From Gekko japonicus (Eukaryota), in assembly GCF_001447785.1 (NCBI RefSeq), contig NW_015175421.1:1-64000 (forward strand): a stretch of 64,000 nucleotides of DNA, read 5' to 3'. The position numbers and the translations under genes were made by a program. This document shows positions 24,594 to 37,651 of the stretch, piece by piece. Each line of letters opens with the position of its first letter. Within the stretch, counting starts at the first letter, position 1. Below the pieces are notes generated by a model, which saw nothing but the letters and a program-made list of their open reading frames with translations, made no database searches and was not told the origin of the DNA.

Positions 24594-26245
24594 ATTTATT
24601 TATTTTTAAAAGGCCAAAATTGAGAGCCATTGTTCATGTACTGACTAGTTTCTTTTATTTCATTTTTCTTCCCAACTCAGACCCTCAGTGGCTTAAAAAA
24701 ATACAGTTTACAAAAATGCAATCTACATAAGGAAGCAGAAAATCTAGAAAACAAAACAATATGCTAAAATGCCGTGATTTAAGTGTCAGACTGAGTGATG
24801 CGGGATATCCCCAGTCTGCTATGAAGTGGGGTCCCAACTCAATTACATGACACTTTTCAGGAGAACAGGAAATCAGCCCCATATATGGGTAGAAATGGCC
24901 AATATTGTTCTATAAGCTGAAATAGCTTCACCATGTGAGAATTTGCCATTCACAGCCCCTGAGGATTGCTGGAAGTATACTGAAGAAGCTTCTGCAGAGA
25001 GGCTTCCCCCAAGAAACACCCATCCAAACAATACTTTCTTGCTGGAATCCACAAAATGACTTAGTTTGGATGTTCCCAAGAAGCCAGAAATGATGGCCCA
25101 GGCCTTGTAGCCTTTGAAAACTGACCATATTGACAGCCCTCAATGTGGCCCTCTCGACAATGAGTTGAGGACTAAACAGCAGCAGTTACCCTTAGGATTG
25201 ATCACGGGGAAGGAGAGGCAATGCTGTGTAGCGGTTATAGAGTGTTTGGACTAAGCCCAGGTTCAAATCCCCACTCTGCCATGGAAGCTTGCTGGGTGAC
25301 CTTGGGCCAGTCTCTCTCAGCTTCATCTATCTCAAAGGGTGATTGTTGTGAGGATAAAATGGAGGAGCAGAAAATGATGTTTACTGCTTTGAGAGGAAAA
25401 CTTGAGTACAGATATCTCAGTAAATAAAACCCCCAGCAGGCAAAATGAGTCAAGCACAGAGTGTTCCGGAGCCATTTCGCTTTTCAGTCTTGTCCTCTTG
25501 AGACGCCAGAAAGCACTTTGACCCAAACATCTCCCCTCTAACCGTACAGCACTAGCTCAATAAATACCAGAGAGTGCTACAGTTAGAGTGAGTCTTCAGG
25601 GAATTTCTAGACATTTTGAAGGGGGGGGGGTTTCATGTCCGATCTTCCTACTGATGGAGAAACCTCTGCCCTGCAAGAAACACTTGCCCTAGGTTTTCTA
25701 CCCAGAAAAAGAGATTGCTGAGCTTGGATTTGTCCTTGCTTAAGGGAAACAGAATGAAGAGGGAGAGGCGGCCCCTCACAAGTGGAGCAGGACAGTGATG
25801 CCGTTTCCTCGGAACCCAGACTTCGACATTAGCATGCACCGTTAGCAAATATATGGAGCATGTGCCTCAGCTGAGGTGATGGGGCAGAGAAGGCTCAGGA
25901 ATGAGAAGCCTGTTGCCAACAAACATGGAAGCCTAGCCAGTCCTTCAGCTGTTCAAAAAACAAAAAACCCTCCTCTTTATTCCCAAACTTTAGCACACAA
26001 ATCCTCCCATGATTTCTTAGCAACACATTCAGAGTATTATTTCAACTTTGATATTGTTCTGTAGCCTCCCAAAAGGCAGCCAGGATCAGGAGCCTTTCCA
26101 AATCAAAATATGTCCACACCTCAAATCCTTTCAGAGATAGGAGAGGTTTTCAGGCAAATGGCAGAAATTATTGGGTGGATCCAAACTGGAGGAAAAAAGA
26201 CCATTTTAAAAAGTCTATGCTGGGGATCCTAGGACCAGCATGGAC

Positions 26246-27229
26246 TGTACAGGATTAGCCCACCCAGCCCAGTCCAGGGATGGGAGGGAATCCTGTACTT
26301 TTCAGTACATTAAACAACAAGCCACGAGACAGTCTGTACCATCTCTGGTCTTCACAACAATTTGCCACCAGAACCTCTTTTCACTAGTCCCTGCCTTTCC
26401 TAAGGGAGAGATTCCAGCCCTTAGTTAGCATCTGGGATTTAACACAGTAGCAACTCTATCCAGAGATGCACGCTTTTTACCCTCCCATGGTAGCGTATGT
26501 GGTCAGGATTCGGCACAAGACTTAGACTTGGAATCCAAGTTACAACATCAAAGACAAATTAGCAATAAGAAGGATCTTTATTCAGTACAGAGCACAGCAA
26601 ACAGACTAGATTACAAAATAACAAAGGCTAGGGCAATTTGCCTTAACTACACATTGAGGATACATAGTTACCACATCAGGAACATCCACAGTCCAGAATA
26701 GTCCAAGGGATTTTGAAGGGAAATCCCATTTTTCCACACCCATGTGCTCCAAGTCACAAAGCAGGTCTTTGTTTTCCAAGATACAGCATTTCAGGTGCAA
26801 TAAAACAGACAATGACAGGGGAGAGAGCAAGAGCAAGAGAGCTTACTCCCATAGGAGTCACAAATTAGATGTGGCCATCAGCCAATTGCGAGTGGGCATG
26901 GGTGTGCCCAATTGTTGGTTGCCATGGTTGCTAACATCAGGTTTGTGGGATTGGCTGGAAGTTTGGAGACCCTGCCTGCAGTCAGCTGACCCAAACTCCA
27001 GCTACTTCATTGTGTACGTGACTTGTTGCATGTGGGCCAGAAAGTGTAGCCATGAGGTCTCGCTTTTGGCATGAAAGTGTGAAAGAATGTGGGTTTATGG
27101 AATGGATATTGAGGCCATGTGGCCTCACCATTTGGCTTGCAACAGGAAATAAGACACAGCATGTTATCATAATGTAATCACAGGAGAAGGCATGTGGATA
27201 TAGAAAGCAGAAAGCAATTTTTCTATACA
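26246..27229 (-). mobile_element. Solo LTR-like insertion
   Basis: TGTA...TACA termini and 5-bp TSD TGGAC. The paralogous duplicate at about 33695-33710 shows the empty site. AATAAA on the minus strand near 26577. Confidence 0.7.
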
Positions 27230-28579
27230 TGGACAAAAGCCATTTGGAACAGCAGGAAGAAAAGTGGGTGAGACCAAGTAAAAATGACGGCTGAATCCAA
27301 GCCATTATTTCACCAAGTATAGGTTTCACCAAGTATAGGAAGTACTTTTTCTGGCATATGTTACCTCTATTCAAAGCGAAGGTTTCCTCAGGCTTATTCC
27401 TCACAGGAGATAGCATCCAAAAAAGCACTTTCCCATATGCAGTACGGAGAGTGAGGGTTGTTTGGGTGTTATCGCCTGGAAATGTGTGGAGAATCCCAAC
27501 ATCCTTCTGTTTCAGAGAGTATTTTCTCCAGGAAACATAGATCTCAAAGACAGCTCTTACCTGTTGTCTTGCAAGCGTTTGGAGGCAGTTCTGGAACAAA
27601 TTTCTCTCTTCTCAAAATATTGGCTGGTGTTTTCTCCACAAAAAGACCCATTCTAATCTGTAGCACTTTCTTAACAAATCACAGACAAGAGCAGCAGATA
27701 GAATGGGACTTTCCAGGAATATCTTGGCACATTGGAGAAAAGCTAGAGTTTCATCTTTTTTCTTTTCAAAAGATCCACAGAACGCCTGCTAACAGGATAG
27801 GTTTGGATCCAGCCATTTTTCCACTGGGGGGATTAGTGAGATAAAGTGAAGAACTGAACAAGCTTTCGAGAAAAGGGTGGCTGGATTTGTGGTATTTTTT
27901 AAAAAATTACCATGCATGGGTGACCTTGAGCCAGTCATTCTTTCCCAGTCCAACCTACCTCACCAGGTTGTTGTTCTGAGGATAATAATAGAGGAGGGAA
28001 GAACAGTGTTGTAAGCCATTTTTGGGTTTCAATGGGGAAAAGAAGGGTATATCTAAATATCTTTATCCCACTCTTCCTCCAAGAAGCTCAGGGTGCCTCC
28101 TCATTTTTCCTTTCAACCTCCCTGTGAGGTAGGCTATGCTGAGACAGGGACTAGCTCAAGGTTACCTACTAAACTTCATGGCACAGTAAGGATCTGAACT
28201 GGGTCTTCCCAGTCCAGTGTTCTAACCATTAGGGAGCACTCCCCTGAATTGACACACACCATTGTTCCATTATCCAGATTCCTGGATGACTTATTCTCTA
28301 AGAGGTGAGCAAACTGAAACCTGCTACGCTAAAGAGAAACGGACTGTTAACAGGTACTAGAAGACAGAAGCAATGAAGTTTCCACATAACTTGACCCTCA
28401 ACAAGGAAGCACTCACCGTTTAATGCTTACAAAGTACATGCTTCTGTTGAGGTGGAAAGTTAATGGGAATGGATCTGGTGAAACCAGCCTGAGTTGAGGC
28501 AAACCCCGAAATTTCTCGTGTCTTGTAATGGCTAAGACCCTTCACTTTCTCCCAACAGCTTGCTCCCAAGCAACAACAT

Positions 28580-30063
28580 CTCAGCTAAAACCTCTCTCAC
28601 AATCAGCACTTGAGGTGTGAAAAGTTCCACAAACATCTAGGAGAAGATTTAGTTCACTGAATTTTTCTTGTCTTTGTGTAAAGGTTAGTATGTCTTGAAA
28701 AGTCTTCATTGCTCCAGCTTTTCATCTTCTCTGCAATGATTAGTTTGAAGTCTGAATACTCTTTATGAAGTTCCTTATCATATGATTGTTCATCTTTCTG
28801 GAACAAAATGCAGTAACACTTAGCTAATCTTGAAAGCTCTTGATTCCCAAAAGAAAAAATCATCCAGGTTGGAGGGGTCTGATGAACATTCTTTGTCAAA
28901 TATACACCAATCCTGTATCGTTCTCTGGAAATCTTTTATCCATGTGAAATTTGCCTAATAAAACAGAGAATGGCTTCGATATTTACTGTAGAGTTGTAAG
29001 ATGAAATCAAATCTTGTACAGTTTTGCTGAAATGGACTTTTCTCCCAGATATTGAGATCTAATTTTCCTGATTTTGGCTTTGGTGAACTGAAATGCTTCC
29101 ACAGTGGTCAAAGAGTTTTTCTGAAGAATTTCGCGAATTTCTGCTAAATCACAAAGAACATCACAAAGGATAAATAATGCTGCCTTGTATTGTAGTTTAC
29201 TTGCGATTAATGTCCAAATGATTTTAGTTATAAAACTTCCTTATAGAATCAACTATTGCAGCACTATTGCAAGCAGCCAATTTTACAATGCCAGCAAAAA
29301 CAGTTTTATGAAGTTCTCCAGCAGTTCTTCTGAATTTGATATACATAATAAGCATCTTTGACACAGTGATGTCAGTACTTCCATCAATTATGAGGGTATG
29401 GAAAGGAAATTCACAGATTTCATTTAAAATTTCACTTTTAACACTATTTATGCAATCAATGAATTCAAAGACATAGTTTTTGCTCCGCCAGCTAGCAGGA
29501 ATTTTGCCAAGTGGTTGTGAATTTGCTGCACAGACAGAATGGATGCATTCAACTTAACTGCAAGTAGCACATTGTCAATTAAAATCTTGACCACTTTTGG
29601 ACTTGACCTATCTCGATTCGCATATCCAGTTCTGGTGTTCTGATCTTCAGGTGTTTCTCGTAAGAAATTCAGTAGAGATCCATGGTTCTGATTCTGAAGT
29701 TTTGTTACTGCATCCAAGTGACATTTGTGATTCACATAACACTTTAAGACTATCTACTTTCCACTCACCCCATTTCATTCCGGTGCTCCAATTCCCATCA
29801 ACGTCTGCTTTTGAGACATGTTTTGCAGGCTACTACGTTTCACGATATTCAAACATTTCTTTTAGTTGCACATTCTTACGTCCACTCACGTGTGGCATCA
29901 CAGCTGCAATGGAAAACTCCGAGACATGTTTTGCAGGCTACTACGTTTCATGATATTCAAAAATTTCTTTGGAAAACGCTGTCAACCATTCACTCTTGAA
30001 ACAATTATGTTTTTCCTTTGTAAATCCGCCAAACTGTTGATTGTCAGGTTTTCGCCTCGACAT
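28580..30063 (-). pseudogene. Decayed hAT-superfamily transposase
   Basis: Fragments read NHKCHLDAV (zinc-finger end), FHTLIIDGSTDIT (first catalytic Asp), AALLSFCDVLCDL and CGTFHTSSADCERGFS (hAT dimerization motif). Many stops and frameshifts. Possible terminus CAGTGTTCC on the minus strand at about 31431. Confidence 0.8.
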
Positions 30064-33000
30064 TTTCAAAGACTCCTGGTCCCTAGGATGCTAACAAAGA
30101 AGGGAAAGTGTCTTTAAAGCTTCCAGTTTAACAGGTGCATGTGCTTGCATTTTTATAGCACACAGGGTGCTGAACTCATTTGTTACAAGGGACAAAACAA
30201 GGAAGTCTCTAGGCACTGTCACACAATCTGTTGATATTACATCCAGAATTATTATGAAGTAAAGCATTTTTTAATCTCCCTAAACAACTTTTTTAGTAAA
30301 ATGGACTTGTGTTTACTTGTATTAGTTACACTAAATCTGACTTTGGAAATAAACAAGAATAGCTGCTAAAGAAATGAGAAAAAGTATAAATTAATTCAGT
30401 ACCAACGTTCACTTTTGAACCACATTGACTTCAATCAGATGCATGTTTGTATATAATCTTAGATACATGACTGACACATTCAACCCTATAGTACTGTAGA
30501 TTAATACTCCTCTCTGGCAGGTCTTCTTAAAAGTTGGCTAACACAAATGCAGTGGAAACTCAAAACAGGAATAGTAAAGACATCCTCCCCACTCTTTTTA
30601 ACCATCCTTTTTTCAAACAAGAGTTTTCACATCCCCCCCAAAAAAAACCCAGAGTAGTGCAGTTCTCCTGCGTGCAGTCTTCATTTCCTCCTCTTCTTGC
30701 CTTCAGAGGGTTCCCCAGCAGCTTCACTTCCACTAAATGAAAGTGTGATTTGTCCTACTGAGGGGGTCACTGCTTGGCTTCAAGCTACCCATTTATGCTA
30801 TTCATTTTAATACAGGGTGAAGGTGGACCCTTGTCAGGCTTTGGTAGCATTTCCAAGCATGGATTTACAGGACACGCACACAGCAGCCAAAATAAAGCAA
30901 TGAATCCCAAACACAAAAGATTGTACACAAGCCCACATGACCTCTCTGAAACAAATACATGCCTTCCCTTCCAGCTTGGGCTCTGGCAGGTGCATTAATA
31001 AAGATCTGAAGAGATAAAGGGTTGGAGATGGAGTGTTCGTTTGGACAGCACAGGCACCAGCAGGCTCAGCACCTCCAGCCACATGCAGCCAGCAGCAAGG
31101 ACCAAAAAGTGGCACTTTTGAGAACCCATATGGAAGAAGAACCACTAGGTGGGTGGGCAGCCACTGTGACTGATTCTGCAAGAGACGGGGCACACCTGAG
31201 TCTTCCTCTGAACAGGCTCCTGTGAAGCTGATTAATAAAACAAGAAAGAGGCAGCTCGAGATTAAAAGGCACATGCATGACTGGGCGGGAAAGAGACTTC
31301 TCTACCTCTCACCACGTGACTCCACACCTGTTCACTCCCCCCCAGAAGCTTTCGTTGCCCTGTGCCAAGCTAAAAATCTCTGCTAAAATTTGTGCACCAG
31401 CATACGCTAGAGCAGTTTCACAGGAACACTGGTTTTGACCCAAACCGCTCCACCCTAACCATACAGCACTATCTCAATAAATACCAGAGAGCACTGCAGT
31501 TAGAGTGAGTCTTCAGGGAATTTCTGGACATTTTTGAGGGGGGTGGGGGGGAGTTTCATGTCCGATCTTCCTACTGATGGAGAAACCTCTGCCCTGCAAG
31601 AAACACTTGCCCTAGGTTTTCTACCCAGAAAAAAAGATTGCTCAGCTTGGATTTGTCCTTGCTTAAGGGGAGAGGCCCCTCAGTTCTTTTGGTGGAGCAG
31701 GACAGTGATGCTGTTTCCTCGGAACCCAGACCTCGACATTAGCATGCACCGTTATCAAATACACGGGAGCATGTGCCTCTGTTGAGGTGATGGGGTAGGG
31801 AAGGCTCAGAGAAGGAATGAGAAGCCTGTCGCCAACAAACATGGAAGCCTAGCCAGTCCTTCAGCTGTTCAAAAAACAAAAACAAAAAAACCCTCCTCTT
31901 TATTCATGTCCCATCCTTTTACATTGCATTTTGCCAAGAGTCCTGACAAGAAAGTAACAGCCATTCTATTTTAGAAAAAATTAAAAGCTATATTCTGATG
32001 TTACTAACGTATACCATGCTCATTACTAATAGAAGAAGAGGAGATTGGATTTATACCCCGCCCTTCACTATCCAAAGGAGTCTCAGAGCGGCTTAAAAAC
32101 TCCTTTCCTTCCCCCTCCCCACAACAGACACCCTGTGAGGTAGGTGGGGCTGAGAGAGCTCTGACAGAAACTGCTCTATTTCAAGAACTGCTCTGACAGA
32201 ACTATGGCTTGCCCAAGGTAATCCAGCAGGTGCAAGTGGAGGAGCGAGGAATCAAACCTGGGTCTCCCAGGTTAGAGTCCACACACTTAACCACTACACC
32301 AAATATTTTATAGCTCTCTCCTGTTTGTTTATGTGATCTGAGAAAGAGTACTGAGATGTTTTATTGTGATTTTCAGCTGTCCCAAAAGTATTACCCTACA
32401 ATTGATGCAGCAATAGACCAACAAGCAACTTAATTCTGTTTGCCTTTTCAAATCGTGACTGGTGTTTTTTTGTTTCAGAAGAACAATTAGTTCTTACTCT
32501 TTTGGCAAAACAACGTAATAATAACTGTGCTCAGGGGAGTTAGGCCAATGTTAATTGTGTGTTGAACATGGCTTGAGGATGATCCTATCTGTGAAGAAAC
32601 TAAACTCCTGGAAAAAGATGAATTTCCATGGATCATGTAACAGCCTAATAAGTTTGTTTTTAAGTAAAATCTCTGAAGCCACTAGAATATATTAAGATAA
32701 TTGGCACCTGTGGAACCCACCTCCTTAGGATGATTCTCCGGCTGTCATGAAAATATCAATACCTGGAATATTTTGTAGTGGTTAAGTGCGCGGACTCTAA
32801 TCTGGGAGAACCGGGTTTGATTCCCCACTCCGCCACTTGCACCTGCTGATGTGACCTTGGGTCAGTCACAAGCTCTGGCACAGCTGTCCTTGAAAAAGAG
32901 CAGTTTGTGTCAGAGCTCTCTCAGCCCCACCCACCTCACAGGGTGTCTGTTGTGGGGAGGGGAAGGGAGAGGAGTTTGTAAGCCGCTCTGAGACTCCGAG

Positions 33001-34115
33001 TGAAGGGCGGGGTATAAATCCAATCCCTTCCTCTTCTTCTTCTCTTCTTTCTGGAATATAATTGTGTTATAATAAAATATTTTAAAGATTAAAAAGAAAA
33101 ACATTAAAAAAGAAAGAGAAACATTTGCCCTAGGTTTTCTGACCAGAAAAAAGATTGATCAGCTAGGATTTGTCCTTGCTTAAGGGAAACAGAACGAAGG
33201 GGGAGAGGCCCCTCATTTCTTTTAGTGGAGCAGGACAGTGATGCCGTTTCCTCGGAACCCAGACTTCGACATTAGCATGCACCGTTAGCAAATACATGGA
33301 GCATGTGCCTCAGCTGAGGTGATGGGGCAGAGAAGGCTCAGGAATGAGAAGCCTGTTGCCAACAAACATGGAAGCCTAGCCAGTCCTTCAGCTGTTCAAA
33401 AAACAAAACAAAACAAATCCTTTTATTCCCAAACTTTAGAACACAAACCTTCCCATGTTCTATTACCAACACATTCAGAGTATTTCAGCTTTGACTTTGT
33501 TCTGTAGCCTCTCAAAAGGCAGCCAGGATCAGGACCAGCCTTTCCAAATCAAAGAATGTCCACGCTTCAGATTCTTTCAGAGATAGGAGAGGTTTTCAGG
33601 CAAATGGCAGAAATTATTGGGTTGGAGCCAAACAGCTTTTTCAATGGGGAAAAAAACGAGACCTTTTAAAAAGGTCTATGCTGGGGATCCGAGGACCAGC
33701 ATGGACAAAAGCCATTTGGGACAGGAGGAGGAATAAGGAAGAAAATTGGGTGAGACTGAGTAAAAAATGACCAAGTATAGGAAGTACTTTCCTGGCATTT
33801 GTTACCTCTGTACAAAGCAAAGGTTTCCTCAGGCTTTTTCCTCACAGGAGATAGTACCCAAAAAAGTGCACTTTCCCATATGCAGTACGGAGAGTGAGGC
33901 TTGTTTGGGTGTTATCGCCTGGAAATGTGTGGAGAATCCCAACATCCTTCTGTTTCAGAGAGTATTTTCTCCAGGAAACGTAGATCTCAAAGAAAGCTCT
34001 TACATGTTGTCTTGCAAGTGTTTTGCAAGTGGAGGCAATTCTGCAACCAATTTCTCTCTTCTCAATATATCTCACAGGGTTGTTGTTCTGAGGATAATAA
34101 CAGAGCACCCCAGAC

Positions 34116-34321
34116 CAGTGTTCCCTCTAAGCTGAGTTAGTGTGAGCCAGCTCACAGGTTTTTAGCCTCCGGCTCACACATTTCTGTCTTAGCGCAGGAA
34201 GGATGGCTCCAGAGCAACCCAATTTATGCAGTAGCCAAATCGCTCGCTCACAACTTCAATGCTGGAAGCTCACAAAGTAGAATTTTTGCTCACAAGACTC
34301 CACAGCTTAGAGGGAGCATTG
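34116..34321 (+). mobile_element. hAT-type MITE (CAGTGTTCCCTCTAAG family)
   Basis: TIRs plus exact 8-bp TSD CCCCAGAC. Confidence 0.9.
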
Positions 34322-36752
34322 CCCCAGACCCCTTTACAAAAGTTACCCCCATCCCCTGCAAGTGCCATGCCATAAGGAGATCCCCCGCTATTACTGCTGA
34401 TCTCCAGAAGACCAAGATCAGTTCCCCTGGAGGAAATGGCTGCTTTGGAAGATAGACCGGCATTATACCCTGCTGGGGTCCCTGCCTTCCCCAAAGCATA
34501 CCCTCCCCAGGGCTCCACTTCCAAAATCTCCAGGGGTTTCCCAATCCAGAGCTGGCAACCATAGGGTGAAGTCCCCCCTGTCGCCAACCGTTAATTATGC
34601 AGAATTACTCCAGCATTTGAGACCTTTGACTGGAGTAACTCTGCACAGGGTCACAATGTATATAAGATGATTTTTTTTAAAAGTCAAAGATTCTCTCAGT
34701 GCCCTGGCTTTCTTAAGAAACAAACAAACCAAAATACCAGCCATTTAGTTCAAAGTATTTGCAACGAATTCTCCAAGACACTTGATCTTCATGCATTCAG
34801 TCTCAGCCTCTCTGGAGAGGAAGGTAAACGCTAAAGAGCTGGCTTGTTTTGGTGGAGGGGGTCGCGGCAGAGGTCCCCGCATGACTGTAGCCACAACATG
34901 ACCATACACCAGTCACAGATACAAGGCGTATGACTCAGTTGGGGCAAAAAGCCAAGGAAGGGGTCTTTGGAGAAACAAGAGAAAGCTTGGAAGCCACCCA
35001 GACTGAGGCAAACAAAGGAAAATCTTGTCGATTTTAGCAAGGGAGATGGTACCCACCGAAGCTACACTATCCCATTTGTAACACAGAAAGTGATGCTTGT
35101 TTGGGCACCATTTTCTCCTTCCGGAATCATTTCTCTGTTGAGCAGCATGGTTCCCTCCAAGTGCTCTAAAGGCATGGCATGGCGGTTTCTCCCAAGCAGC
35201 TCTATCCCAAACGGCCAGCACTATCTAAAGATAGCCAGAGAGTGCTGCCGTTTAGGGCAGGCCTGTCAGGAATTCGTTGGCTCCTTTGAGAAAAGCCAGA
35301 ACATCTTTCCCCAACCTTCTTAAATCACAAGTTATAGAGACCCCCCCTTAAAAAAAACCCCTCTTACCAAGAGGACTGGAGCTTCCGCAGTGAGGCCTTT
35401 CCTGGAGATGTCCAAAGAGATCTGTAGAGTGGATCTTCTCCTTCTGCCTGTTGGGTCTCCTCAGCCTTTCTTTTATGGCCTGGCTGCTGAGGGTCCCTCT
35501 AAACACACCCTCCCTAATCCTTTCACTCTAATTGCATCACTCAATTCATCAAGAGCCCTGAAATGGCTTTAGGGTCAGCAATCTTTTCAGGATGCAAATT
35601 ACTGGGCCAAACCCTCCTGGAAGGAGAAGGACCCATGGAAACCCACCAGAGAGGAAAAGCTTCCATGCAGAGGCAAGGAATACAGTTTCTTAGGTTCATT
35701 CACCAGGCATAAGCATACAGTACAAAACATAAGCCATGTTACACCGAGACAGAGAGAGAAAATCCCTCAGCTAGAGTGAAAAAATGACAAGGAATGCCTT
35801 TCAGCGGCAGGGAGAATCCTGAGAATCAAGCTCCCTTTGAATAAGAGAAACAAAGAAAAAATCAGGAAGAGAGGTTGGACACGCCACCCCCCACCCCCCC
35901 AAGCAAAGATCTGGCAGTTAGGCAACATTGTGTCTCATTGTCTGTTGATGCCATTAACTTAAAGAGGGGGATGATTCATTTTCATTCTTTTCTTTGGATT
36001 AGATCAGATGGTGATTCAACAGAAAAAAGGTGTCAGAAATGATCCATAGGAATTAAAGTGATGCAAGGAGGTGCTTCCCGGTTATTAGAAGGTCCTCTTC
36101 TTAGAAATATCATCATTCTAATTTCAAGTTACATTCCCTAAATTGTCTTAAGCCTATGAAGTTGTAATTAGTAATCAACAGCTCAGGATGACTGGTTCCG
36201 AAGTGCCACCAAAGTACCCCAAGCAGTGTGATAAGACCCAACCATATCTAACCCTCTGCTGGAAGCCAGCAGATTGGTGCTGATTAAATCGGTGAATTTT
36301 GTTTATGCCTCACTGTACTGAAGAAAGGCTTGGATTTTTCTCTTTGTGAGTTTGGTTTCATTATTCTGAAGTGATTTTCTTGTTTGGGATTTATGACTAG
36401 AGCTTTCAGGATAAGTGTGAGGCAAATATTGATTTATGTCTAACTCCTCCCCAATAGATGATAAAATAAATGGCACGACTTTATATATCTCTACAGCAAA
36501 AAATTTATAATATTTAAACAGCAGCAGTAAAAAATAACCCATATCATAAGAGAGTTAGCATCATGTAGTGGTTAGAGTGTCAGACTGGGATCTGGGAAGA
36601 CCAGGTTCGAATTCCTGCTCTGCTTTGGAACCTTGTCAGGTGGCTGACCTTGGACCAGTCTTAGCCAAACCTACCTCACAGGACTGTTGTGAGAATAAAA
36701 TGGAGGAGGGGAGAACATTCTATGCCACTTTGTATCCCCTTTTAGGAGGAAA

Positions 36753-37046
36753 AAGGTAAAGGTAAAGGTTCCCTTGCTCGAAAGCCAGTCGAATCTGACT
36801 CTAGGGTTGCGGTGCTCATCTCCGTTTCAAAGCCGAAGAGCCAGCGCTGTCCGAAGACGTTTCCGTGGTCATGTGGCCGGCATGACTAAACACCGAGGTG
36901 CACGGAACGCTGTTACCTTCCCACCGAAGTGGTCCCTATTTATCTACTTGCAATTTCTTGCTTTCGAACTGCTAGGTTGGCAGGAGCTGGAACTAGCGGC
37001 ACCCGGGTCTTGAACTGCTGAACTACTGACCTTCCACAGCCTGCAG
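36753..37046 (-). mobile_element. Sauria SINE
   Basis: High identity to 39548-39890; AAAGGT-repeat tail. Confidence 0.85.
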
Positions 37047-37423
37047 TAGTAAATATTTATTTATGGCACTATTTACAAATATTAATATTTACATGCAGAT
37101 TTTTCTGCAGTAATTAAACCACAGGGAACAGTTGAACTCAACCACACAAATAAGTAAAGGGAGGGGGGGACACTTTTTAAACATTATTTTTATATCACTA
37201 CCAATGCTCTTTGAAAAATAAGTTTTATTTATTTATCTTAGTCACAATGTTTGATGGCTGCCTCTGGACAGAAAATGTCATAATTGTTACAGTCTACAAA
37301 ACTAAAATGTAACCTTAACAATGGCAAAAGCCGCTGCGTAGAAAGAGGATTTAAAGTCAATTACAAAACCATATGAGCAAAAAATCCATTTGAAATACAA
37401 TGCAGAAAAAGATATCAGGTGGT

Positions 37424-37651
37424 GTAAAGGTAAAGGTTCCCTTGCTCGAAAGCCAGTCGAGTCCGACTCTAGGGTTGCAGTGCAGATCTCCGTTTCAAAG
37501 CCGAAGAGCCAGCGCTGTCCGAAGACGTTTCCGTGCTCATGTGGCCGGCATGACTAAACACCAAGGCGCACCTTCCCACTGAAGTGGTACCTGTTTATCT
37601 ACTTGCAATTTCTTGCTTTCGAACTGCTAGGTTGGCAGGAGCTGGAACTAG
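37424..37651 (-). mobile_element. Sauria SINE (5'-truncated)
   Basis: High identity to 39548-39890. Confidence 0.85.

Larger units (their letters stand above)
25515..34100. repeat. Local segmental duplication: 25515-27610 versus 31433-31905 and 33121-34070
   Basis: Directly alignable. The 25680-25980 block is present three times (see ORFs 25876 and 33319, MMGQRRLRNEKP). Confidence 0.85.

Noticed and set aside
34740-35885. Possible ERV/LTR segment
   Set aside because: I could not identify paired termini, a TSD or coding motifs.
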